The notes below the pieces were generated by a model. That model was not told the DNA's origin. It worked only from the letters and a program-made list of their open reading frames with translations, and ran no database searches. The position numbers were made by a program, and so were the translations under genes. A DNA stretch of 64,000 nucleotides from Candidatus Wenzhouxiangella sp. M2_3B_020 (GTDB taxonomy: Bacteria; Pseudomonadota; Gammaproteobacteria; Xanthomonadales; Wenzhouxiangellaceae), in contig JBPRGD010000097.1 in assembly GCA_051428125.1 (NCBI GenBank), positions 8,164 to 72,163 of the forward strand. Reading direction: 5' to 3'. Below are positions 29,484 through 38,452 of the stretch, piece after piece (position 1 is the stretch's first letter; every line of letters begins with the position of its first letter).

Positions 29484-32400
29484 TCATCCGCCCGGACAGC
29501 TCACCGGATTCGACAGCAGCTCGATCTGGCGGTCGATGTCGACGTCGACGTTCAGCGGCGCCCGGGTGACGAAATCGGAAATCTCGCGCGCGGTATCGGC
29601 GTCGAGGAACTGGCGTTCCAGCGTGCCGACCGCCGCGAACGTGATGTCGCGTTCCGTGCAGTAGATGCAGAAGCCGCGGAAGTCCAGAACCTCCATCCGC
29701 TCGCCACCCGGAACGGTCGCGGGCAGCTGCGTGTCGGCCAGCACCCACCGCGGCTCGTTGGAATCGTCGTAGAAGTAGCGGATCCAGGCCTCGGCCGAAT
29801 CGGTGATCAGCACCGTCGCGCCGCCGGCCGTCGTCGTCGGAGAGAACCAGTGGCCCAGCAGCGGCACCGGACCGTCGCCGAAATCCGGGCAGGTCGTGCC
29901 GTTGACCGGGTCGAACAGCTCGGCCCCGTGGTTGCCGTTCAGCCGCCAGGCGAACATGAATCGATCTTCGTCCAGCGCCGTGATCTGGACCTCGCCGACG
30001 ACTTCGAGATTGGACTGGACGTCGTTGCTGGTCGGACGGAACAGAACGGCCTTGAAGAAGCCGATACGCAACTGATCGATGGTCTCGGTGATGTAGAACG
30101 TCGGCAGGCCGTCCTCGTCGTAGGTGTACCAGACCGCGAACCGGCCGCCGCCGCCGACCTGGAAGTCGACGCCCTGGTTGATGGCGCGCGTCTCCGGTCC
30201 CCACAGGCCGCGGCGCGGGAACTCCTGGTCTCCGGGGAGGGGCGCGCTGACGGTCGGGAACGAAACCGTCGCCCGGACGTCGATCCGCTGCTCAATGACA
30301 CCGGAGTTGTCGACGACGACGTAATATCGACCACTGTCCAGCGTTTCGTTTTCGCCGGCGGAGATCTCGACGACCAGGCCGTCCGAAGTGCGCTCGGCCT
30401 CGGCCAGCACCGCTTCGGGCGCCGGCGGAGTGCCCCCCGGCAGCTGCGTACGAATCGCGTCGAATCCGCGGCGGCGGATGGTGACCGCGTCCGCCTCGCC
30501 TTCGACGGTCACGCTCAGCGTGCTGGCGTAATCCGGAACGTCGATGTAGAGAAGATCGTGCGTGGTCTCGGCCGGGATAACCACGGTTTCGTTCTCGTCG
30601 TTGAACAGGGCTCTTTCAGCTGGCTCGTTTTCGCCGGTACGCGTGATCGTCAGCGGGATCGTGCCCAGGTCGGCCGTCTCTACCGGCGACGACGCGAGCC
30701 CGACGACGCCGAACCAGCGTTCGCCGGCTTCCATCGCCGGCTGGTCCCAGTAGATCGGAAGTTCGAGCTGGCCACCGTCGGTCGCTCCCGGTCCCGGGGC
30801 GACGAGGCTGGGGTCGTCGGCGTCGGCAAGCACCGCGAACTCGTAGGGAACCCGGTTGGCACCGAATCCGGACGAGGCCCAGTTCTGGACGACGATCCAC
30901 CAGGTGCCGGCCGCTGGGCGCTCGATGTCGCACAGTTCCAGGTCGTTGAGCGAGCGCGACTGGCAGACTTCCTCGCTCGCCTCGGGCTCGCCGTCGCCGT
31001 CGGCATCGAAGCCGACGAACAGGTCGACGTCGGAAGCCTGCGAGTCGAACGTCTCGGCGTGAAGCAACAGGCTGTCGGCCGGCACGTCGACGAGCACCGT
31101 TTCGGTGCCCGACGGGCCGTCGAACGGATCGTCGCGGGTCGAGTCCTGCGACAGCGAGGCTTCGCGCTGCTCGGGACGGACCAGCGCGCTGGTCCGGACG
31201 ACGAACTCGTCGAGCGGAATGACCTCGGGAACGATCAGCGTGTCGCGCCCGCGATTCGTGACGCTTTCGAACGCGGCACCGGACGGCAGTTCGGCCGGAG
31301 CGACCAGGATGCCCACCGGCAGTCGCTGGGTCGTGAAATCGCCGCCGTTGGGAGACAGCACGACGCTGCCCGACCCCCATTCGCCGATATCGGCCCTGCC
31401 GCGCGAGACCTCGACCTGGATCTGCTGCTGCTGGCCCTCCGACAGCGAGAACGAGGTCGGGCTGACGCTGATCTCCAGGTCTCCTTCGGACGAAACCGTC
31501 CACGAACCGGTGCCCAGCGCGCGCAGCGTGCGCGTGAACGTGCACGTGCCGACGCAGTTCTCGTCGATCAGACCGGCGAGATTCAGCGACTGCGGATCGC
31601 CGGCGTTCAATCCGGCCGGGTTGGCGTCCAGGAATTCCTGCTCGGTGACCGGCAGGTAAAGGCCGGCCTGCGCGGCGCGATCGACCTGGATGCCGCCGGC
31701 GCCGCGGTCGATGATGCGGGCCTCGGAGCCGTCGCCGTTGGTGACGATATCGGCATCGGCCGTGGTTTCCAGCGCCGAGATGACGGCGTCGACGTCCCAG
31801 TCCGGATGGGCCGAACGCAGCAGCAGCGCCGCGCCGGCCACGTGCGGCGAAGACATCGACGTTCCGGACAGGAAGCCGGCCTGGTTGGCCGCGTCCGGGC
31901 CGGGTCCGTTGCCGGCCGGGTTGGTTTCGGTCAGCGCCGCGAGCACGTCGGTGCCCGGTGCGGTGACGTTCGGCTTCATCACGCCGTTGGCGCCCACGGC
32001 CGGACCGCGGGAACTCGATGCGGCCAGGCGCCCGGCGCGCTGCTGGCTGATGAACCGCAGCGTTCCGGTCAGCCGTCCGGAATGGTTGCTGCCGCTGCCC
32101 AGCCAGTCGCGCAGGCGGTCACCGTCGTTGTCGCCGACGTGGGTGGCCGGCAGGCAGTGCTCGTCGGGAACGGTGCTTTCGCCCTGCGCGTCGGTGTTGG
32201 CCAGGATCATCCCGCCGGCGCCGGCCTCCTTCACGTTGAAGCCCTTCTCGACGCGGCCGTAGGTGCCACGGTCGCAGACGACGATCTGGCCGTTGAACGT
32301 GCCGGGGGCGAACGGGTTGCTCGCACCGGTATTGTCCGAGCACGACGGTCCGAGCTCCGCCGCGCCGGTTCCGCACAGGGCGTTGCCGAAATCGCGCGCG

Positions 32401-33665
32401 TGGACGATGCGGCGCGGGCCCACGCCCTGGGTGAATCCTTCGCCGGTCAATTCGCCGAGCGGAAAGGTGCCGCCCGAGGTATCGACCAGCCGGTTGGCGA
32501 GCAGCCGGCCGTGGGTCGCGTTGGCCACGGCCACCACCCAGGGCGTGTTGGCCGGGCTTCCGACCGTCGCATCACCGTCGCGGCCCGAGTTCCCGGCCGA
32601 AGTCACCGGCACGATGCCCGCCTCGCGGACGTTGAGGAACAGCCGCTGGTTGCCGCTCTCGCTCCACGGGTTGAAGGGATCGCCGCCGATGGAATAGTTG
32701 ATGACGTCGACGCCGTCCTCGATCGCCTGCTCCAGCGCCGCGGTCGTGAAATCACCGTCACACGTGAATCCGCCCTGGCCCTCGTCGGGTTCCCTGCAGG
32801 CCTTGTAGGAGATGATGCTCGCGCGCGGCGCGACGCCGGACGTCGAGAACTCGATCGGCCGGCCGAGGTTGAACGTGAACGTCAGCGGCAGACCCGCGGC
32901 CGTGGAGGCGGTGTGGGAGCCATGGCCGTCCGGATCGAAGCCGTTGGTTCCCTCCTCGGTGAAGTCATAGACGCCGATGAGCTTGTCGTTGCACGGGATC
33001 GCTACGGCGGAGTCGTTGCACAGGCCGAAGAACTGGCCGCGCGGGTTGGAGACCGGCTCGGACGATTCGCTGGTGTCGAAGAAGATGGACTCGTAGTTGA
33101 TGCCCGAGTCGATCACGCCGATGACGGTGCCCTCGCCGCGGTTCGGGTTCGGTGCGCCGGTGCTGCCGCTCCACATCTCCGGGGCGTTGATCCATTCGGG
33201 GCCGGCGTCGGTGTGCAGCGTCTGCACGTAGACCGGTTCGACGGACTTCACGCCCGGCAGCTCGGCCAGCCGGCGCGCCTCGGCATCGGACATTTCGGCC
33301 GAAAACCCGTTGAGCACGTGACGATAGACGTGCCGCGGTTCCAGCTTGCGATCCAGCGCCGAAGCCGCGTCGGCGAGCACGCGGGCGCGGGCGGCGTCGA
33401 GATGCTTGACGTAGGCCTGTACCGCCGGCGAATCGACGCGCAGCTTGCGCGCCCCGGTCACCGACGGCGCGGTCGCTTCCAGCGTCCCGGGCGAGTCGCC
33501 GCCGAGGCGCTGCACCGATTCGGGCGCGCCGCCCTCGAATTCCACCGTGGGCGGGTCCTCGAGCGCGACGATCCAGGCTCCCGGAACGACGGCGGGCTTG
33601 CCTGCGAGCGCCGCGGTCGCCGCCACCAGCAGGGCTGCGGCCGAAAAGAATGTCCAACGATTCAT
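29484..33665 (-). CDS. Secreted S8 subtilase with I9 propeptide, PA domain, Fn3/PPC-like domains and duplicated C-terminal domain
   Basis: Signal peptide; catalytic triad VIDSG, HGSHTASTAAG, GTSMSSPHVAG; PA domain IVVCDRG. Alternative start at 33671. Confidence 0.93.
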   Translation of the reverse strand: MNRWTFFSAAALLVAATAALAGKPAVVPGAWIVALEDPPTVEFEGGAPESVQRLGGDSPGTLEATAPSVTGARKLRVDSPAVQAYVKHLDAARARVLADAASALDRKLEPRHVYRHVLNGFSAEMSDAEARRLAELPGVKSVEPVYVQTLHTDAGPEWINAPEMWSGSTGAPNPNRGEGTVIGVIDSGINYESIFFDTSESSEPVSNPRGQFFGLCNDSAVAIPCNDKLIGVYDFTEEGTNGFDPDGHGSHTASTAAGLPLTFTFNLGRPIEFSTSGVAPRASIISYKACREPDEGQGGFTCDGDFTTAALEQAIEDGVDVINYSIGGDPFNPWSESGNQRLFLNVREAGIVPVTSAGNSGRDGDATVGSPANTPWVVAVANATHGRLLANRLVDTSGGTFPLGELTGEGFTQGVGPRRIVHARDFGNALCGTGAAELGPSCSDNTGASNPFAPGTFNGQIVVCDRGTYGRVEKGFNVKEAGAGGMILANTDAQGESTVPDEHCLPATHVGDNDGDRLRDWLGSGSNHSGRLTGTLRFISQQRAGRLAASSSRGPAVGANGVMKPNVTAPGTDVLAALTETNPAGNGPGPDAANQAGFLSGTSMSSPHVAGAALLLRSAHPDWDVDAVISALETTADADIVTNGDGSEARIIDRGAGGIQVDRAAQAGLYLPVTEQEFLDANPAGLNAGDPQSLNLAGLIDENCVGTCTFTRTLRALGTGSWTVSSEGDLEISVSPTSFSLSEGQQQQIQVEVSRGRADIGEWGSGSVVLSPNGGDFTTQRLPVGILVAPAELPSGAAFESVTNRGRDTLIVPEVIPLDEFVVRTSALVRPEQREASLSQDSTRDDPFDGPSGTETVLVDVPADSLLLHAETFDSQASDVDLFVGFDADGDGEPEASEEVCQSRSLNDLELCDIERPAAGTWWIVVQNWASSGFGANRVPYEFAVLADADDPSLVAPGPGATDGGQLELPIYWDQPAMEAGERWFGVVGLASSPVETADLGTIPLTITRTGENEPAERALFNDENETVVIPAETTHDLLYIDVPDYASTLSVTVEGEADAVTIRRRGFDAIRTQLPGGTPPAPEAVLAEAERTSDGLVVEISAGENETLDSGRYYVVVDNSGVIEQRIDVRATVSFPTVSAPLPGDQEFPRRGLWGPETRAINQGVDFQVGGGGRFAVWYTYDEDGLPTFYITETIDQLRIGFFKAVLFRPTSNDVQSNLEVVGEVQITALDEDRFMFAWRLNGNHGAELFDPVNGTTCPDFGDGPVPLLGHWFSPTTTAGGATVLITDSAEAWIRYFYDDSNEPRWVLADTQLPATVPGGERMEVLDFRGFCIYCTERDITFAAVGTLERQFLDADTAREISDFVTRAPLNVDVDIDRQIELLSNPVSCPGG

Positions 33666-33746
33666 GTGCATGTGCTCACCATGTTCGATCCAATTTCGAT
33701 ATCTGCGCGCGCAAGGAGTTCCGGGCCGGGCCGGCCGTCGACGTTC

Positions 33747-35102
33747 TCATGCCACCGCCTCACGCATCGTGACCAGCTCTTCGGCGCTGGTCGGGTGTAT
33801 TCCTATGGTGCGGTCAAAATCCGCCTTGGTCAATCCGGCCCGCACCGCCACCGCGAAGCCCTGCACCATCTCGGCCGCTTCGGGGCCGACGACGTGGAGT
33901 CCGATGACGCGATCGGATTCCGCGTCGACCAGCAGCTTCATCAGCGCCTTCTCGCTCCTTCCGCTCAATGTGTACTTCATCGGCGTGAATTCGGAGCGGA
34001 AGATCTTCAGCGGGATCGAGCCGTCGCGCGCCTCGTCCTCGGTCAGACCGACGCTTGCCGAGGGCGGCTGGCTGAACACCGCCGAAGGCACGTTGGCGTG
34101 GTCCACCGGGCGCTTCCTGCCGCCGAACTCGCTGTCGGCGAACGCGTGGCCCTCCATCAGCGCGACCGGCGTCAGCGCGATGCGGTCGGTGACGTCGCCG
34201 ACGGCGAAGACGTGGTCCACGGAAGACCTGCTGTACTCGTCGACGAGGATCTTGCCCAGCGGTCCGGTTTCCACGCCGGCCCGCTCCAGGCCCAGCTCGC
34301 CGGTATATGGGCGGCGGCCGGTGGCGTACAGCACGACGTCGTAATCGCCGCTGCAGCCGTCGGAAAAGCTCACGTGCCGGGAGCCGTCTTCCGCCTCGCG
34401 GATTGCCGTGGGCGTGTTGTCGTAGTGGAACGTGACGCCCCGCGAACGCATCCCGGCTTCGACCACGCGACGCACGTCGGGGTCGAATCCGCGCAGGATC
34501 CGCTCCCTGCGGTAGTTGAGCGTGACGTCCGAGCCCAGCCCGTTGAAGATGCCGGCGAACTCCACGGCGATGTAGCCGCCGCCGACGACGAGCACGCGCC
34601 GGGGAAACTGCGGAAGATCGAACGCGTCGTCCGATTCGATCGCGAGATCCGCACCCGGAATATCGGGACGGAACGGTCGTCCGCCGACCGCGACCAGGAT
34701 CTTGCCGGCAGTGATCCTGCGATCGCCGACGGCGACGGTGTGCTCGTCGACGAACGTCCCGCGCCCGGCGTGGACCTCGACGCCGGCGTTTTCGAGCAAC
34801 CGACCGTAGACGCCCTCGAGCCGCGTGATCTCCCTTTCCTTGGCCGCGACCAGGTCCGGCCACGAGAAGTCGGTGGCGCCGACGGTCCATCCGTAGCCGG
34901 CGGCATCCTCGAAGGCTTCGCGGAACTGGCTGGCATAGACCAGCAGTTTCTTGGGAACGCAGCCGCGGATGACGCAAGTGCCGCCGAGCCGCGATTCCTC
35001 GCACAGCCCGACGCGGGCGCCGTGACCGGCCGCGATGCGGGCGGCTCGTACGCCACCCGACCCGCCGCCGATGACGAGCAGGTCATAGTCGAAGTTTGTC
35101 AT
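33747..35102 (-). CDS. gor: Glutathione-disulfide reductase
   Basis: GGGSGG, GGTCVIRGCVPKK, GGGYIAVEFA, IHPTSAEE. Confidence 0.95.
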   Translation of the reverse strand: MTNFDYDLLVIGGGSGGVRAARIAAGHGARVGLCEESRLGGTCVIRGCVPKKLLVYASQFREAFEDAAGYGWTVGATDFSWPDLVAAKEREITRLEGVYGRLLENAGVEVHAGRGTFVDEHTVAVGDRRITAGKILVAVGGRPFRPDIPGADLAIESDDAFDLPQFPRRVLVVGGGYIAVEFAGIFNGLGSDVTLNYRRERILRGFDPDVRRVVEAGMRSRGVTFHYDNTPTAIREAEDGSRHVSFSDGCSGDYDVVLYATGRRPYTGELGLERAGVETGPLGKILVDEYSRSSVDHVFAVGDVTDRIALTPVALMEGHAFADSEFGGRKRPVDHANVPSAVFSQPPSASVGLTEDEARDGSIPLKIFRSEFTPMKYTLSGRSEKALMKLLVDAESDRVIGLHVVGPEAAEMVQGFAVAVRAGLTKADFDRTIGIHPTSAEELVTMREAVA

Positions 35103-35214
35103 TGGTCAAATGGACCCGTTTGAAGCTGGGTAGAATGTCGCGCAATCGGTCCAGGCCGGGGCGCAAAGCACCGGATTGTAGCCGATCGACCCGTCCCGAC
35201 AACGACCGTGAATC

Positions 35215-35691
35215 ATGCACGAAGCCGCACGACAATCCGAACCGGACCTCAAGCTGCTCGCAGCCTTCGAGGCGACCGAATATCGCGTCGAAACCCCTTC
35301 GGGACCCAGGACGGTGCGTATCGGCGCGCGGGACGAGGCGCTGGACCGGCTGCTCGATCGCCGCCGCTGGGCGATCGTCACGGCACACAATCCCGGGGGT
35401 CGGTGCATCGACCAGGATGCCAACCGGCGCGCGGCCGAACGACTGACGGCGCGCATCCGGGCACTGGAGCCGGACGTGATGTGGCCCAGCCGCAATCATG
35501 ATCCCGAGGGCCGCTGGCCGGACGAACCGGGCTGGCTGTTCAGCCCCGTATCGCTGGCCGACGTCGACGGTCTCGCGCGCGGATTCGGCCAGGCGGCCGT
35601 GGTCGTCGGCGGGCCGGACGCGCCGGCGTGCCTGCGCGTCTACTCCGGCGGGGAGCCGGAACGGGTACCGACCGGGACGCGAACGTCGTGA
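35215..35691 (+). CDS. DUF3293-like protein
   Basis: WAIVTAHNP...EPGW...LARGFGQAAVV; stop overlaps the ccmA start. Confidence 0.75.
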   Translation: MHEAARQSEPDLKLLAAFEATEYRVETPSGPRTVRIGARDEALDRLLDRRRWAIVTAHNPGGRCIDQDANRRAAERLTARIRALEPDVMWPSRNHDPEGRWPDEPGWLFSPVSLADVDGLARGFGQAAVVVGGPDAPACLRVYSGGEPERVPTGTRTS

Positions 35692-36293
35692 GTTCACTGA
35701 TCGAGGGCTCCAGGCTGGAGTTTCATCGCTACGGGGAGCCGGTATTCGACCCGGTCGATCTCGCGCTGCAACGAGGACAGGCCATCGTGCTGACCGGACC
35801 CAACGGCGTAGGCAAGACCACGCTGCTCCGACTGCTGGCCGGGATCCTGAAGCCGGTCGCCGGCTCGCTGACCCACCACGCCGGCGTCGCGTTCGTCGGC
35901 CACCAGCCGGCCGTGAAATCGGACCTGACCTGCCGCGAGAATCTCACCTACGAACGCGAAGCCGGACCGGCCGCCATGGACGTTGCCGAGGCACTGGCCC
36001 GCGTCGGCCTGGCCGGCCTGGGTTCGCGGCCGGCCCGCGCGCTCTCGGCCGGCCAGCGCAAGCGCCTCGGCCTGGCCCGCCTGCTGGTGCGGGAAACGCC
36101 GGTCTGGCTGCTCGATGAACCCTACGCCAGCCTGGACGACGCCGGCTGCGAACGGGTCGACGAGCTCATCGGAAACCACCTCGCCGAGCGCGGCGGCGTG
36201 ATTCTCGCCACGCACCAGCGTCATCCACGGGTCGCCGAGGACCTCGTGCTCGGCGTCGGACTGACCACCGGCCGGACGGGGGCGCACTCGTGA
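35688..36293 (+). CDS. ccmA: Heme exporter ATP-binding protein CcmA
   Basis: GPNGVGKT, LSAGQRKR, WLLDEPY; first gene of the ccm cluster. Confidence 0.95.
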   Translation: MSSLIEGSRLEFHRYGEPVFDPVDLALQRGQAIVLTGPNGVGKTTLLRLLAGILKPVAGSLTHHAGVAFVGHQPAVKSDLTCRENLTYEREAGPAAMDVAEALARVGLAGLGSRPARALSAGQRKRLGLARLLVRETPVWLLDEPYASLDDAGCERVDELIGNHLAERGGVILATHQRHPRVAEDLVLGVGLTTGRTGAHS

Positions 36294-36970
36294 GCGGCGC
36301 GACGCGACGACCGATCCGGGCGCTGTTCCGCCGCGACATGAAGCTCGCGTTCCGACGCATCGGCGAATCGCTGCTGCCGCTGTTCTTCCTGTTCACCGTC
36401 ATCGTGCTGATCCCGCTCGGCGTCGGGCCCGGCCCGAACCTGCTGGCCCGCATGGCGCCGGGCATGGTGTGGGTGGCTGCGTTGCTGGCGTCGCTGCTGG
36501 CGCTGGAGCACCTGTTCCGGCCCGACCTGGAAGACGGGACGCTGGAGCAGTGGTTCGTCGGCACCGATTCGGTCTACGGACGGGTGATGGCGCGCTTGCT
36601 GTCCCATTGGCTGATCACCGGGCTGCCCGTCATCATCTTTTCGCCGCTGGCCGCCGAGATGCTCAACCTGCCGCACCGGGCACTCGGGACCCTGGTCCTC
36701 ACGCTGGTCATCGGCACGCCCGCGCTCAGCCTGCTGGGCGGGCTGGCCGCCGCGCTCACGCTGTCGACGCGCGGAGCGAGCGTGCTGCTCTCGATCCTGA
36801 TCTTTCCGCTGATCGTGCCGCTGGTGATCTTCGCCACCGGCGCCGTCGCGATGACGGCCGACAGCCTCGATCCGAGCGCCCATCTCGGCCTTCTCACCGC
36901 CTTTACTATACTCAGCCTGACTCTTGCACCCATCGGCATCGCCGCCGCATTGAGGATGAACCTGGAATGA
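36290..36970 (+). CDS. ccmB: Heme exporter permease CcmB
   Basis: PGMVWVAALLASLL...DLEDGTLEQ, PLIVPLVIF. Confidence 0.95.
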   Translation: MSGATRRPIRALFRRDMKLAFRRIGESLLPLFFLFTVIVLIPLGVGPGPNLLARMAPGMVWVAALLASLLALEHLFRPDLEDGTLEQWFVGTDSVYGRVMARLLSHWLITGLPVIIFSPLAAEMLNLPHRALGTLVLTLVIGTPALSLLGGLAAALTLSTRGASVLLSILIFPLIVPLVIFATGAVAMTADSLDPSAHLGLLTAFTILSLTLAPIGIAAALRMNLE

Positions 36971-37722
36971 TCTGGAAAACGCTCAAGGTCTGGTTTCACA
37001 AGCTCGGCTCGGCCCCGTACTTCTACCGTTTCGCGCGCGTCGTCGCGCCCTGGCTCTGGGCCGGATTCGCGATCACCGCGCTCTACGGCCTGTACCTGGC
37101 GCTCTACGTCGTGCCCCCCGACTACCAGCAGGGCGACAGCGCCCGGATTCTCTACATCCACGTGCCTTCGGCCTGGCAGGCCATGTTCATCTACGGCGTG
37201 ATGGCGATCCTCGCCGTCATCGCGCTGGTCTGGCGCATCCGGCTGACAGAGATCCTGGCGATGTCGTGCGCGCCCATCGGTGCGGCACTGACGCTGGTCT
37301 GCCTCGCGACCGGCTCGCTGTGGGGCAAGCCCATGTGGGGGACCTGGTGGGAATGGGATGCCCGGCTGACGTCCATGCTGGTCCTGCTGTTCATCTATAT
37401 CGGCATCATGGGCCTGTACGCGGCCTTCGACGACAAGCGCAAGGGAGCCCGCGTGGCTTCCGTGCTGGTGCTCGCCGGCGCGGTCAACATCCCGATCATC
37501 CATTTCTCGGTCGAGTGGTGGAACACGCTGCACCAGGGACAGACCATCCGGCTGATGGGTGAATCCTCGATGGATCCTTCGATGCTACCGCCGCTGATCT
37601 GGATGGTCGTGGCCACCAAGTTCTTCTTCGGCGCCGCGCTGCTGGACCGGGCGCGCAACGAGCTCCTGGAGCAGGACCGGACGAAGAAATGGGTCCACGA
37701 GCAGGTGATCAGCCCCGGCTGA
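36967..37722 (+). CDS. ccmC: Heme exporter CcmC
   Basis: YIHVPSAW, WGKPMWGTWWEWDARLT (WWD motif), SVEWWNTLHQ. Confidence 0.97.
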   Translation: MIWKTLKVWFHKLGSAPYFYRFARVVAPWLWAGFAITALYGLYLALYVVPPDYQQGDSARILYIHVPSAWQAMFIYGVMAILAVIALVWRIRLTEILAMSCAPIGAALTLVCLATGSLWGKPMWGTWWEWDARLTSMLVLLFIYIGIMGLYAAFDDKRKGARVASVLVLAGAVNIPIIHFSVEWWNTLHQGQTIRLMGESSMDPSMLPPLIWMVVATKFFFGAALLDRARNELLEQDRTKKWVHEQVISPG

Positions 37723-37727
37723 CGGAC

Positions 37728-37769
37728 TTGATTCAGCGCAAGGATGCGCGCCGACCGGCAGGGTACGAT
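37728..37769 (+). promoter_or_regulatory. FNR/DNR-type class II internal promoter upstream of ccmD
   Basis: TTGAT-TCAG-CGCAA (37728-37741) centred at about -41.5 relative to the start implied by -10 TACGAT (37764-37769). Confidence 0.55.
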
Positions 37770-37844
37770 TTCGGCCGGTGAGCACGGAACCCCTGGAGCT
37801 CGAAACGCTCCAAGGGAATGCAGGGAAGCACTGAAGGAACAACC

Positions 37845-38012
37845 ATGATCCCGGATATCAGTCACGCCCAGTACGTCTGGACGAGCTACGCAATTTTCGC
37901 GCTGATCGTCGGCTGGCAGTTCGTCCAGCCGCTGGTCCGACGCAAGAAGCTGGTCGCGAACATGATCGAAGCTGAAGCCGAACGGCGCGCCGCCGAAAGG
38001 AGCCGACGATGA
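37845..38012 (+). CDS. ccmD: Heme exporter protein CcmD
   Basis: HAQYVWTSYA, TM helix, charged tail; between ccmC and ccmE. Confidence 0.88.
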   Translation: MIPDISHAQYVWTSYAIFALIVGWQFVQPLVRRKKLVANMIEAEAERRAAERSRR

Positions 38013-38452
38013 CACCTACACGTAAGAAACGCGCGATGGTCGTACTGGGCCTGGTCTGCGGAATCGCCGTGGCCGCCTCGGTTGCGGTCGTTTCGTTGAA
38101 CCAGAACATGATGTTCTTCGTCAGTCCCAGCGACGTGGAGGCGCAGGAGTTGCCGCCGGACCGCCAGTTCCGGCTCGGGGGCCTGGTCGTCGACGGCAGC
38201 GTCGAACACGCCGACCAAGGCCTCGAAGTCCGTTTCGCCGTGACCGACGGCGCCGCCGAAGTGCCGGTGGTGTTCGACGGGATACTGCCCGACCTGTTCC
38301 GCGAAGGCCAGGGCATCGTCGCCCACGGTTTCCTGCGCAACGGTCGCTTCGAAGCGCATGAGGTCCTCGCCAAGCACGACGAGAACTACATGCCGCCGGA
38401 GGTCAAGAAGGCGCTCGAAAAGACCGGCCATCCGGCCGGGGGGAGCGGCTGA
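38009..38452 (+). CDS. ccmE: Heme chaperone CcmE
   Basis: RLGGLV, GILPDLFREGQG, LAKHDENYMPPE. Confidence 0.97.
   Translation: MTPTRKKRAMVVLGLVCGIAVAASVAVVSLNQNMMFFVSPSDVEAQELPPDRQFRLGGLVVDGSVEHADQGLEVRFAVTDGAAEVPVVFDGILPDLFREGQGIVAHGFLRNGRFEAHEVLAKHDENYMPPEVKKALEKTGHPAGGSG

Noticed and set aside
29187-35123. 1978-aa plus-strand ORF
   Set aside because: Antisense shadow of the subtilase and gor genes. It is Arg/Gly-rich with no motifs, as expected in high-GC DNA. The same applies to 87..1118, 13493..15841 and 22852..26301.
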